Virus record (IMG/VR): IMGVR_UViG_3300043443_000309
Origin: an uncultured virus (IMG/VR IMGVR_UViG_3300043443_000309)
Taxonomy: Duplodnaviria > Heunggongvirae > Uroviricota > Caudoviricetes
Length of the DNA stretch: 64,000 nt
Direction: 5' to 3' (one strand)
A program made the translations under genes and the position numbers. The notes beneath the pieces were generated by a model. The model worked only from the letters and a program-made list of their open reading frames with translations. It had not been told where the DNA came from and ran no database searches. This document shows, piece by piece, positions 14,857 to 24,271 of the stretch (position 1 is its first letter; each line of letters opens with the position of its first letter).

Positions 14857-15291
14857 ATGCTCAAGAAACTTATCTTCGGTTTTTCTATCGCAATCATTCT
14901 TCTTGCTTGCGTTGTTGTTGAGACAGCGGAAAAAAGTATTATCGAGGTTGTCCAGTATGAATGGTGGAGTCTAAAGCAAGCAAACCTTTTTATCTCGGAG
15001 GATGCTTGCTTTTATATTGATCCAAATAACTTGTTGCTTTACATTCATTATGTTGATTCAGGAGATTACTGGACTTACAACCTTGAGTACGATGTAAGCA
15101 AAGATGTCTTTTCTGTTGCAGATACTTCATTCTCTTTTTGGTTTCTTGGAGAAGAAGAAGCCCCAGAAGTTATTGTGAAGATGGGCGGATTGCAAAAGAA
15201 AAGCGAGATGTCTTTGTGCTATCCTTACGATTCGGTTGCCGTTAGAATCAGTAAGAAGCTATCACAAATAGTGAAGTTTGTTTCTTGGTGA
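14857..15291 (+). CDS. putative lipoprotein
   Basis: signal peptide ending in lipobox LLAC. Confidence 0.65.
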   Translation: MLKKLIFGFSIAIILLACVVVETAEKSIIEVVQYEWWSLKQANLFISEDACFYIDPNNLLLYIHYVDSGDYWTYNLEYDVSKDVFSVADTSFSFWFLGEEEAPEVIVKMGGLQKKSEMSLCYPYDSVAVRISKKLSQIVKFVSW

Positions 15292-15315
15292 CACTATTTA
15301 TTGACGGAGCATCCA

Positions 15316-15657
15316 ATGAAAATCTCACATTCTGCATTGCGCCGTATAATCAAAGAAGAAGTTTCGAAAAAGCTTGACGAAATCCTCGGAGACCTTACGG
15401 TACCATACGACGACGAAACTCTTACAAAAGCTGGTCTTCTCGGTCCAACCGGAAAGCCTCGTCCTCGCAAGGAAAGACCAATCTTTCTTGAGCCTCACGA
15501 AATTAGCGATGAAGCAAAAAGAATTGCTTATGAACTTGAGAATAGCCAAGACTACAGAGTTCTTGTTGGACAAGAACCACAAAAGAATGTTCCCGGTATT
15601 GTCCAGAGGGTTCTTGACATGCTCAAGTCCAAAGGTATAGGAATTACAGAAGAATGA
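15316..15657 (+). CDS. LRRIIKEE-motif protein
   Basis: MKISHSALRRIIKEEV; ACTATTTAT at 15293. Confidence 0.8.
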   Translation: MKISHSALRRIIKEEVSKKLDEILGDLTVPYDDETLTKAGLLGPTGKPRPRKERPIFLEPHEISDEAKRIAYELENSQDYRVLVGQEPQKNVPGIVQRVLDMLKSKGIGITEE

Positions 15658-16448
15658 AACTATTTGAAGCAAAATGGAGGCAGTTCATCAACGAAGAAGT
15701 AAAAGCTACAAAGACTGCTTATTTCTTTGACTTTGATGAAACATTGGCCTTCGATAAAAATCCAACTTATTTCTATTTCTTCGATAACGAACAAACTAAG
15801 GAAGACCCAATCGCTTCTCAACTTCGTTCATCGAAAGGACAATCCAGTGAAGTCATTGACGCAGAAGGAAATGCAATTCTGGATCCAACAACAAATGAGC
15901 CTGCCCGTGGATGGGTTTATAAGATCATAACTGATCAACATGCTTTGGACGCCATGACAAAGCAATACGACAACGATGCAAATCGTCATCGTTTCTTCTT
16001 TGATTATTCTCGGTCAAAGATTGTCAACGAACCAACAATCAATGTTCGTGTCATGGACATCTTCTTGAATAAGCTGCAAAATCCAAACAATGTTGTTTGC
16101 ATCTTGACTGCCCGTGGTTCTGATGTTCAGGACGATTTGATGAATTTGTTCGATGATCTTCTCCGCTCCAAGAAAAGAAGCACCGAGGCACTTTCTCGAC
16201 TTCACATCTTTACGCTTGGCTCTGGTGAGTATGGCACCCGTTCGAAGGGTGAGTTCATGGCTCAATTCGTCAAGGGAGATTCGGAAATTCAAAATGTCAT
16301 CTTCTATGAAGATTCAGAAACAAATCTCGCTGGTGCTAGGGTAGCATTCGAATCACCAGAATTTCGTGATGTCCTAGAAAGTCGTGATGGTACCGCTGTT
16401 ATCTACAAAGTTGTACATGGAAGTCCAGAAGTTTACCTAAGTATTTGA
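15654..16448 (+). CDS. HAD-superfamily phosphatase
   Basis: FFDFDETL (DxDxT), ILTAR, K, FYEDSETN. Confidence 0.75.
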   Translation: MKLFEAKWRQFINEEVKATKTAYFFDFDETLAFDKNPTYFYFFDNEQTKEDPIASQLRSSKGQSSEVIDAEGNAILDPTTNEPARGWVYKIITDQHALDAMTKQYDNDANRHRFFFDYSRSKIVNEPTINVRVMDIFLNKLQNPNNVVCILTARGSDVQDDLMNLFDDLLRSKKRSTEALSRLHIFTLGSGEYGTRSKGEFMAQFVKGDSEIQNVIFYEDSETNLAGARVAFESPEFRDVLESRDGTAVIYKVVHGSPEVYLSI

Positions 16449-16489
16449 GTTTTCGGTCATAAAAAACTATTTATTATTTGAGGTGCTTT

Positions 16490-16906
16490 ATGTCCGAATC
16501 ATTTATCTATTCTGCTGGCTTACATAATGTTGGGTCTTACCAAGTTTCTGGTATGCCTTTTGCAATTACTGGTTCGACCAACGGAAACACGGCTAAAATT
16601 TCGTTTCCTTTCGTTACTAAATGGGTTCAGGTCATAAATTATGACGGCACTCACGAACTGTTTGTGGGATTTTCTAGAAATGGCGTGAATGATGGAGCGC
16701 ACTTCACGCAAGATAAGAAAACAACATCCCCGGTCTATGAATGGAAAATAACAGAACTTCATCTTCGTGGTGCTACTCTTTCAGACAACGTTAGTTTTCA
16801 AGTTGTTGCTGGTCTAACCAGTATCCCAGCAGCAAGAATAAACAATTCTGCCGTTTCTCCGTCCGGTTCTAACTGGTCTGGCTCTTATACTCCCGGTGTC
16901 GGATGA
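16490..16906 (+). CDS. putative virion structural protein
   Basis: GLHNVGSYQVSG...FPFVTKW, beta-rich; ACTATTTAT at 16466. Confidence 0.7.
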   Translation: MSESFIYSAGLHNVGSYQVSGMPFAITGSTNGNTAKISFPFVTKWVQVINYDGTHELFVGFSRNGVNDGAHFTQDKKTTSPVYEWKITELHLRGATLSDNVSFQVVAGLTSIPAARINNSAVSPSGSNWSGSYTPGVG

Positions 16907-18111
16907 GAATTATCATCGAAAAATGGTCGGGAAAATACAAGAAGTCTATCGATTGCAATAACCCAAAAGGCTTCTCGCAGAAAGCCCATTGTGCTGGACG
17001 TAAGGCCCGTCAGGCTGGTCGTGATACAAAGTCGGAACCTGTTGACGAAGAAGTGATGGATGTCAGTTCTGATAGTGATCAATTCTATTTCCCCGAAGGT
17101 TATGATTTCAAAGAAATTCCACCCGTCGAAGTTTACGACGAAGAACTTGATCGTTGTGCGCGTATTGCAAAACGCAAATACAAAGTTTGGCCTTCAGCTT
17201 ATGCCTCTGGTGCAGCCGTCAAATGTCGCAAAGGCAAGATCTGGAAAGGCTTGAAGGAAGAGGAAGATGTCGAAGAAGGCAAGAAGAAATACAAGCCTCG
17301 CTTCGACAGAGAAGAGAAGGAAGGTCTTCACGGATGGTTTGCCCGCAACCGTGGCAAGGGATGGGTCAACTGCCGCACTGGTGGCCCCTGTGGGCGCGAG
17401 AGCGCAGATGAGGGAGGCAAGTACCCTGCCTGCCGTCCGACGCTCGCACAGTGCAAATCCGCCGGAAAGGGACCGCTTCGCAAAAAGAGAGGTCCAAAAG
17501 CTATTCGTTGGACCAAGACCAATGAAGGAACAAACAACATGGACTTACACAAGATTATTCTAGAAGAAATGAGAGCCGTCAAATTGGAGCTTATGTCCGA
17601 GGGAATGCGTTATCACGTTGAAACTAGAACATCGCTCTATGATCCAATCTATCGTCCCGGCTCTTCTGCTTTCTCAAAGTTGCTATCAGAAGCTCGCGAA
17701 TTGAAGAAGCTTGGTCATGTTTTCTCTGAGGCCGAATGTGAGCTTCTTGAGAGTAATTGTGGTTCATTTGGTATGTATGAGGGCAAGAGAGTTCCGCTCG
17801 ATGTTCCAATGATCGAGGAAGAACTAAGTGAAGCAGAATACAAAGGTAAAGAAGTCCAACTTGGTAAACCACAACGCGGTGGTTCAAAGAAGTTTTATGT
17901 TTATGTCAAAGACGGCGACAGAGTAAAGAAGATCTCATTTGGTGATCCAAATCTATCAGTCAAGGTTGGTGATCCAAAGCGCAGAGCATCATTCGTCGCA
18001 CGCCATAACTGCAAGGAGAAAAATGATCGTCTTACTGCTGGTTATTGGTCTTGCCGTATTGGCCGATACCCTCACCTAACTGGTGCCAAGCAACGCTATA
18101 CTTGGTGGTGA
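16903..18111 (+). CDS. multi-module basic Cys-rich protein (putative processed head protein)
   Basis: IDCNNPKGFSQKAHC; WPSAYASGAAVKCRK; GPCGR...YPACRP; KFYVYV...SFGDP...ARHNC...GYWSC. Confidence 0.8.
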   Translation: MRIIIEKWSGKYKKSIDCNNPKGFSQKAHCAGRKARQAGRDTKSEPVDEEVMDVSSDSDQFYFPEGYDFKEIPPVEVYDEELDRCARIAKRKYKVWPSAYASGAAVKCRKGKIWKGLKEEEDVEEGKKKYKPRFDREEKEGLHGWFARNRGKGWVNCRTGGPCGRESADEGGKYPACRPTLAQCKSAGKGPLRKKRGPKAIRWTKTNEGTNNMDLHKIILEEMRAVKLELMSEGMRYHVETRTSLYDPIYRPGSSAFSKLLSEARELKKLGHVFSEAECELLESNCGSFGMYEGKRVPLDVPMIEEELSEAEYKGKEVQLGKPQRGGSKKFYVYVKDGDRVKKISFGDPNLSVKVGDPKRRASFVARHNCKEKNDRLTAGYWSCRIGRYPHLTGAKQRYTWW

Positions 18112-18112
18112 T

Positions 18113-18388
18113 GTGTTTCCATTCCAAGAGCAAAAGCTGGCCGGATCAAAAGTAATCAGAACTTTCAGCGAAGACGTTGAGAGTTCTGAACTTATTTGGC
18201 ATCGTGATAAAGAAGAGCGTATTGTCACAATTCTTGAGGGCGATGAGTGGGGCTTGCAATTAGATAATCAAATGCCACTGAAACTGCAAGTCGGCAAACA
18301 ATACATTATTCCTCAAGAAGAGTGGCATAGGGTCATCAAAGGTCGCGGCAATCTAGTTATAGAGATACTGAAAAAGCCTAGAGTATAA
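18113..18388 (+). CDS. cupin-like protein
   Basis: LIWHRDKE...WHRVIKG; start uncertain (GTG). Confidence 0.7.
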   Translation: MFPFQEQKLAGSKVIRTFSEDVESSELIWHRDKEERIVTILEGDEWGLQLDNQMPLKLQVGKQYIIPQEEWHRVIKGRGNLVIEILKKPRV

Positions 18389-18400
18389 AGGAAACCTATC

Positions 18401-21142
18401 ATGAGAATTACAATTGGTCGCAATAATCTGAAAGAAGCAAAGCAGATGCTTACCGAATTTACTAAGGCTGACTTAGGTTCTTTGATGGAGATTGAAGATC
18501 AATTCACTGTTTCTTATGAAGTAGAGCTTGAAACAAAGTCAAGCATGTTCTCAACGGGTGAAAGTGGTAGTGCCGAAGAAGAATACGAACGAGCCAAAGA
18601 AGCGGCAAGAGATGGTTTTACAACAGCCATTAGCGAAGATAGAGTTGAAGACGCATGGGGTACTTGGGATGACATGGTAAACCGTGGCTCCCATTCTGGT
18701 ACTCATTCAGAAGAACTAAACATTATTGAATACATCGAAGATAGTGTTCGCCCACACTCCGGGCCTCTTTTGGACATGTCTTCTGATACTTTCTTGGCAG
18801 AGATGGGTGTGTTCTTTGCGGGTGCCGAAATACTATCACAAGAGATTGGTGTATTCAAGCGTCAGATGGATAAAGAAGTGAAAATCCACGGAGCTTCTTT
18901 GATGATAAAGCTGGCGAAGGCATACCCAGATCTTAGTGAGAGATTGCGGTCTGCTATAAACATGAGTGCAACTGTTATACTCACTTTAGATAAAATAAAG
19001 ACTATGGACTTTGAAGCTTATCAGTTTGCTGATTATTTGATAGCTTCTAAAATTTCAACTGAACTTGTGCCTCTCAAAGTTCAGGACCAAATCCTAACCC
19101 TTGCAATGCAAAGGTTCATCTCTTATTACTACATCTCAGGCTTGTTCGACTTCGAAGAATCGCAAACATACGATTTTGGTACAATGGCTAGTTCTGTGGA
19201 TTTTGCTGAGCCTTCGTTCGCAACAATCTGTGATGAGCTTCGTGTTACAAGTGTGTACGAGCAGTTGTACAATAGAGGGCTTTCTTTCCTCCGTATAATA
19301 ACCGATGGGAAGAGTGATGTATCTTCAACTATTATGGAATTAGAGCGTTTTCCTGCATTCGTCAGAATGACACCTGTTGTCACCAAGATAGTCAAGTCCG
19401 TTGTTGATACAGTAGTAAGTGAACTTGAAGGTACAATAGATTCGTATGTTGAGTACATGATGGATGTATGGGAAAGAGATAACCCTATTGATAATTTCTA
19501 TGATCAATACGGGTTTGGTGTCCCCGATGATGAAGATTCCCTAGCATCAACTTACGAAGATACAGTAAGCAAGTACTTGCCCAACTTTTATCGTAGATTT
19601 GGCAGAGAGCTGAAGTTTGAACCCGATGGTTCGCTCGACAGTGAAACTGGTCTTGAATTCTCTCTAAATACTTACCTTGATGGTCTGAGCGAGGCAATAG
19701 AATTCTTGGATTTGTTCTTTGAAGATTACGATTCACAGAATTTCTTGTTTATGTCCAAGAGAACAGGTATGCACATCAACATTGGTCACAAGTCTGTCGG
19801 TAATGGTGAAGAAAACGATTTCAATCTTATCAAGGGCTTTTTGTTCTTGAGTGAAGATGTCGATCAAGCTTCCAAGGCCGCAGGCGCAGGCAAGAGAGCG
19901 AGAGCAATGAAAGGTCTGCCTGCATCAAGAGTAATGTCTAGATGGACCGGTGCAATCGCCCCGACCAAGGTAGAAAATGAACTACCACAAGAAGCAAAGG
20001 CCAGAATGGTCGCTGATAAGATAAGAGGCTCGATAGCCGCGATGGAGAAGTATTCCGCTTCAGCGAGAGCAGCTACTACTTTGGGGGCACTTCATACAAA
20101 GAAAGGCGGATTTGATCTAAGTTCGCTTTCAAAGGACTTTCTATCATCTTTTGGATCCAACGACCTATCTGAACTAGAAAAGATGTTTGGAGGCATCCTC
20201 ATGGAAAGGGCACAAGACCTCGGACCAAAGAGCGTTGGTTTCAACATAAACTATGCCCGTGGGAAGCATGGAGATGACGATGTGAAGTATGTTGAGTTTC
20301 GTTTTCCCGGTCACGAAATCGACCTTGAAGCTGCAAAAGATCTAACAATGTATTATGCTTATCTTATTAGACACATGGTAGACAAATCATATATGAAGAC
20401 CGAATACGCCAAGAAGCTTGTTTCGTTGCTTACTAGAACAGCCGAAGCACGGTTACCTACACTTGGTATACTAGAAACAATTATGAAAGCTGGAAATCCA
20501 TTTGTTCTCGATTTTCCAGCAGGTGAAGCTTTCAGCCAAGCCAAGATCGAGCATGAGAAGATTTATAATGCAAAATCACGAGGACCAATCTATTTCTTAG
20601 ATTCAGAGCGCGAGGTCTCGGATGGTGCTCGTATTATTGCTTCGTTTAGCTTTACTAACGCTGCAAGGTTTGCACCATTTTCCTTTGCTCTTGCTGCTAA
20701 GAATAAAACACCTTTGACTTCACAAGACGATTTAAATGACCTACAGTACTCAGTACCAGAGTATTTCTCCAAAACAAGATTGGGATTTCCAGCCTTAATA
20801 ACAAAGGTAGAAGGAGAAGGTCTTAGTGCCAAGATAGAAATGGAAGTACTAGTATTCTCATTCGAAGAACAGTCCTCGACTGTCACCGAATTCGGTGTAT
20901 ACGCAAATCCAGAATACTCACCATTGAGTGTGAAAAAGATTACTGTGACAGCCACTGGTGCTGACATCATGTCAATGTATTCTTCTAGAACCACAATTGA
21001 AGAGATGTATCCCACAACACTTGAAGGAATACAGGCTTTTGGTAATCAAAACTACAAGAAACTTGGCAAATTAATGAGAGAAGTCTTTAGTTATGTAGAT
21101 TCTGCCGGTGGTTCTATCCCCGTCAAACCAACAAAGGTATGA
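18401..21142 (+). CDS. putative amidoligase (COOH-NH2 ligase type 2) domain protein
   Basis: YEVELE, PDGSL, GLEF, TGMHINIG, YVEFRFPG. Confidence 0.7.
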   Translation: MRITIGRNNLKEAKQMLTEFTKADLGSLMEIEDQFTVSYEVELETKSSMFSTGESGSAEEEYERAKEAARDGFTTAISEDRVEDAWGTWDDMVNRGSHSGTHSEELNIIEYIEDSVRPHSGPLLDMSSDTFLAEMGVFFAGAEILSQEIGVFKRQMDKEVKIHGASLMIKLAKAYPDLSERLRSAINMSATVILTLDKIKTMDFEAYQFADYLIASKISTELVPLKVQDQILTLAMQRFISYYYISGLFDFEESQTYDFGTMASSVDFAEPSFATICDELRVTSVYEQLYNRGLSFLRIITDGKSDVSSTIMELERFPAFVRMTPVVTKIVKSVVDTVVSELEGTIDSYVEYMMDVWERDNPIDNFYDQYGFGVPDDEDSLASTYEDTVSKYLPNFYRRFGRELKFEPDGSLDSETGLEFSLNTYLDGLSEAIEFLDLFFEDYDSQNFLFMSKRTGMHINIGHKSVGNGEENDFNLIKGFLFLSEDVDQASKAAGAGKRARAMKGLPASRVMSRWTGAIAPTKVENELPQEAKARMVADKIRGSIAAMEKYSASARAATTLGALHTKKGGFDLSSLSKDFLSSFGSNDLSELEKMFGGILMERAQDLGPKSVGFNINYARGKHGDDDVKYVEFRFPGHEIDLEAAKDLTMYYAYLIRHMVDKSYMKTEYAKKLVSLLTRTAEARLPTLGILETIMKAGNPFVLDFPAGEAFSQAKIEHEKIYNAKSRGPIYFLDSEREVSDGARIIASFSFTNAARFAPFSFALAAKNKTPLTSQDDLNDLQYSVPEYFSKTRLGFPALITKVEGEGLSAKIEMEVLVFSFEEQSSTVTEFGVYANPEYSPLSVKKITVTATGADIMSMYSSRTTIEEMYPTTLEGIQAFGNQNYKKLGKLMREVFSYVDSAGGSIPVKPTKV

Positions 21143-21146
21143 TAAA

Positions 21147-21509
21147 ATGATAAATGCTAAGAATTACAAAGAAATTTTGCTTTCTTTCCCCGGTGAAAGA
21201 CAACAAAAGATAAACGAATCCGCCGAAGTAATGAAAGAAGAGATCTATAAGTCTGGAGAAGTGCCAAGTGCTTATACTTCTACGTCCTATCGGCATCAAC
21301 CATACGAGGCATTTGTCGTTGCAACTCAAGGGCAGATCGATAATTTCCTCAAACGTGTCAGAGCCGATCTAGATAGTGATAATCTAGGTCCACAAGATGT
21401 AGATTTTATCTTGTCAGATGTACTTAGTAGAGTACAACAGCAGCTTGATTATGCCAAGTCTTCGATAGAAGCAATGGCTTTGAAGAAACAGGATGAAAGC
21501 ACTCCATAA
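21147..21509 (+). CDS. hypothetical protein
   Basis: ORF in operon context. Confidence 0.65.
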   Translation: MINAKNYKEILLSFPGERQQKINESAEVMKEEIYKSGEVPSAYTSTSYRHQPYEAFVVATQGQIDNFLKRVRADLDSDNLGPQDVDFILSDVLSRVQQQLDYAKSSIEAMALKKQDESTP

Positions 21510-21720
21510 AACATTCGGAAAAATCAAGGATTTCCACATCGGAGATCTTGTGTGGTGGACTGACCTGAAAAAGATAAAGCGTAGAACTGTCGGCATCATC
21601 CACGACTTCAAAAAAGACCTAAAGGGCGGTCGAGAATTGCTATTCGCCAAGGTCTATTGCGTGGAAACTCAAGAATACAAAGAAATTCTTGTTGCAATCT
21701 TACATAAAGTCGAAGAATAA
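21493..21720 (+). CDS. small GDLV family protein
   Basis: FHIGDLVWW...VGII. Confidence 0.7.
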   Translation: MKALHKTFGKIKDFHIGDLVWWTDLKKIKRRTVGIIHDFKKDLKGGRELLFAKVYCVETQEYKEILVAILHKVEE

Positions 21721-21752
21721 AACTAGTTATACCGGTATTACGGAGATTTTAC

Positions 21753-22427
21753 ATGGGATTCAAGATTTATAATTACTCTCCCAACAAGTTTAGGGGAATG
21801 ATTAGGCTTTTGAAGATGTTTTTGCCTTTTGCCAAGGAAGAACTTGGTTTTGATAAGGATCCCATCATAAAATTGCTCGATAGAGAGCTAGATAAAGCGG
21901 AAATACTCGGAAAAACTGCTTTTTATGACCCAGAAAAGATGATTGTCTCTGTTTATACCTACGGAAGACACCCAAAAGACATCATGAGATCAATCGCTCA
22001 TGAGTTAGTTCATCATTTGCAGGCTTGCAGAGGCGACTTGACAGGTCTTGAATCCACGGAAGAGGGATACGCGCAAAAAGATGGACATTTGAACGAGATG
22101 GAACGTGAAGCTTATGAGAAAGGCAACATGTGCTTCAGGAAATGGGAAGATCTATACAAAGAAGATCCAGAAATGATGAAGCAGTATCTAACAAAAGTGG
22201 ACATTGAACCACAACTAACACAGGAGAACCCTATGAAATCCCTAAACGAATGGAAGAACGAGGAAGTATTCTCGATGCTCATGGAAAGATTTATTCCAGA
22301 GAGCAAGAAGCTTTCTCCAAAGCAAAAGAAGATCGCTAGGCTTGCACCACCACCAGAAGCTATAACTGGTGCAGACTTCAAGGCACTTCGCGACGATGAA
22401 GAACTCGAAATCGTAGACGAAGAGTGA
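21753..22427 (+). CDS. zinc metallopeptidase-like protein
   Basis: IAHELVHHLQ...EREAY; ACTAGTTAT at 21722. Confidence 0.75.
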   Translation: MGFKIYNYSPNKFRGMIRLLKMFLPFAKEELGFDKDPIIKLLDRELDKAEILGKTAFYDPEKMIVSVYTYGRHPKDIMRSIAHELVHHLQACRGDLTGLESTEEGYAQKDGHLNEMEREAYEKGNMCFRKWEDLYKEDPEMMKQYLTKVDIEPQLTQENPMKSLNEWKNEEVFSMLMERFIPESKKLSPKQKKIARLAPPPEAITGADFKALRDDEELEIVDEE

Positions 22428-22436
22428 TAAAGAATA

Positions 22437-24029
22437 ATGGCTATCTCAGTACCACCGTTTGTCAGTATTACATTTCTATCTGAATCGAATGCTCTTACTA
22501 CCTCTGAAGCAAACGTATTTATTTCTTCTTCTTACACTGGCAGTGGCTTTGCTTATAATGTTTTAAGTTCTTCTATAACTTATAATACCGGTTCTGGTCA
22601 CTTTACAGCTTCTGAAGGTGGTAACTATCAGATTATTCTGAATTCTATTTGGGGACGGGCTGAATCTTTTGCATCACCGGGCACTACCGACTATGATCGC
22701 ACCATAAAGTTTTATAAAAATGATTCTTTATTTTATAGTGCAACAGCAAGGTATGATTATGGAGATTACGCATCTGGTTCTGAGAGGACATTTCATGCCG
22801 TTGTGAGCATGTCGGCTAACGATGGTATCAAAATTACTTCAACTTCTACAGCAGCTAAAAACTCATTCCTTAGTGGATCAAACTTAATTATTAGGAAGAT
22901 TGATTCGGATTTTGCATACACTCTTAAAAAGACAGTTAGTACGGCCCTCACAGGCACTGTAGTAAATTACTTCTCAGGCTCTGAGAATACTGATTTCACA
23001 ACCGCTTCATCGGGTATGACCGTAACACCAGATTTAAATACTGGATCTTTTACGGTTCAAAGTACCGGTTCGTATTACACTTTCTTTACAAACATCCTAG
23101 ATGATACCTCTTCTGGTGATAACTGGATGACGGAAAGTTTAAATGTTGGTTCTTTTCCCGGTGGTGGTTTTTCAATAGCAGAACGAACTCTTTGGCTTGA
23201 CACAGCGACAGCTACCGATCAGCGAACATTGATCAACCTGTCAACAGTAGATGGTACAGAAGTACCAGCACCAATCCAAATTCAAGCTACAACCGATACT
23301 AATGGTGCAACTGGATTTATCACTAGAGCCGGTACAGCTATAACAATGATGAAAATTCCAAGAAATGCAATAATGCCCATTTCTTTTAATTCCGCAACAT
23401 CAAGTTACATTTCTACTAGCTCAAATAGCAATCTTCTTTCTTCTTCTTTCATTCAAAGTTCAGTAGAAGATTTGTCCGTTCTAGAAATGACTTTCAATTC
23501 TGGTTCTGGGATTATCACTATCCCGAGTGGCGGATACTACCATTTATCATACAACATTAAAATCTACAATTCAAATGCTTCGATTGATGCCGGGGTGCAG
23601 TTTCAAGTTAGGCGAGGATGTACAAACTGTACTGATGGTACGGTTATTTATCAAGGTCGCACAAGTGTTGGAGCAGTTACGGACCCAATTAACTATACTT
23701 TGACAACTATCATTAGTGCATCGGACAACGATACCCTAACACTATGCGCTAGAGATTATACGACATCTGGGGGCGAAAAGGTTTACATTGATGTACCAAG
23801 CTGGTTTTACCTCTACAGAATTGACACTTACATCCCTCCAGCAGATCTATACCCCTTCAACGAAACAGCAGGCTCTTCTTCTTATACCAGCAATTATACT
23901 ATAAATACTTACTTGAGGTCAAACCAATACGAAAGAGCCACTGAACAAGTGCCGTTTTATCTGGGGACACCGGGAGTACTCAGTGTACGAGGAAGAACAA
24001 CTACCGGTTCGGTAACCTCAACCGATTGA
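22437..24029 (+). CDS. virion fibre/decoration protein with C1q-like repeats
   Basis: three G(H/S/I)(F/I)Txxx(G)GxY modules; S/T rich. Confidence 0.6.
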   Translation: MAISVPPFVSITFLSESNALTTSEANVFISSSYTGSGFAYNVLSSSITYNTGSGHFTASEGGNYQIILNSIWGRAESFASPGTTDYDRTIKFYKNDSLFYSATARYDYGDYASGSERTFHAVVSMSANDGIKITSTSTAAKNSFLSGSNLIIRKIDSDFAYTLKKTVSTALTGTVVNYFSGSENTDFTTASSGMTVTPDLNTGSFTVQSTGSYYTFFTNILDDTSSGDNWMTESLNVGSFPGGGFSIAERTLWLDTATATDQRTLINLSTVDGTEVPAPIQIQATTDTNGATGFITRAGTAITMMKIPRNAIMPISFNSATSSYISTSSNSNLLSSSFIQSSVEDLSVLEMTFNSGSGIITIPSGGYYHLSYNIKIYNSNASIDAGVQFQVRRGCTNCTDGTVIYQGRTSVGAVTDPINYTLTTIISASDNDTLTLCARDYTTSGGEKVYIDVPSWFYLYRIDTYIPPADLYPFNETAGSSSYTSNYTINTYLRSNQYERATEQVPFYLGTPGVLSVRGRTTTGSVTSTD

Positions 24030-24056
24030 TTACTATTTATCTAAAGGAGTTTTATC

Positions 24057-24263
24057 ATGGGAAGAAAGAAAAGAAGGTTTTTTTTGGCTGCTCTAGCAGA
24101 AAAGTCCAATGTTGCAGTTTCTGTTGTTGAGCCTGCACCAGAAGTACAAGTAGCCGCTGAACCGGTTGAAGAAGTCGTTGCTGAAGTCGAAGTTTCAGCA
24201 CCAGTTGAAGAACCAGTTGTTGTAGCAAAACCAAAAGTCGTAAAAACTACGAAAGCTAAATGA
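24057..24263 (+). CDS. low-complexity small protein
   Basis: AAGGAG RBS; ACTATTTAT at 24032; V/E/P/A rich. Confidence 0.7.
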   Translation: MGRKKRRFFLAALAEKSNVAVSVVEPAPEVQVAAEPVEEVVAEVEVSAPVEEPVVVAKPKVVKTTKAK

Positions 24264-24271
24264 GGAGCCAA

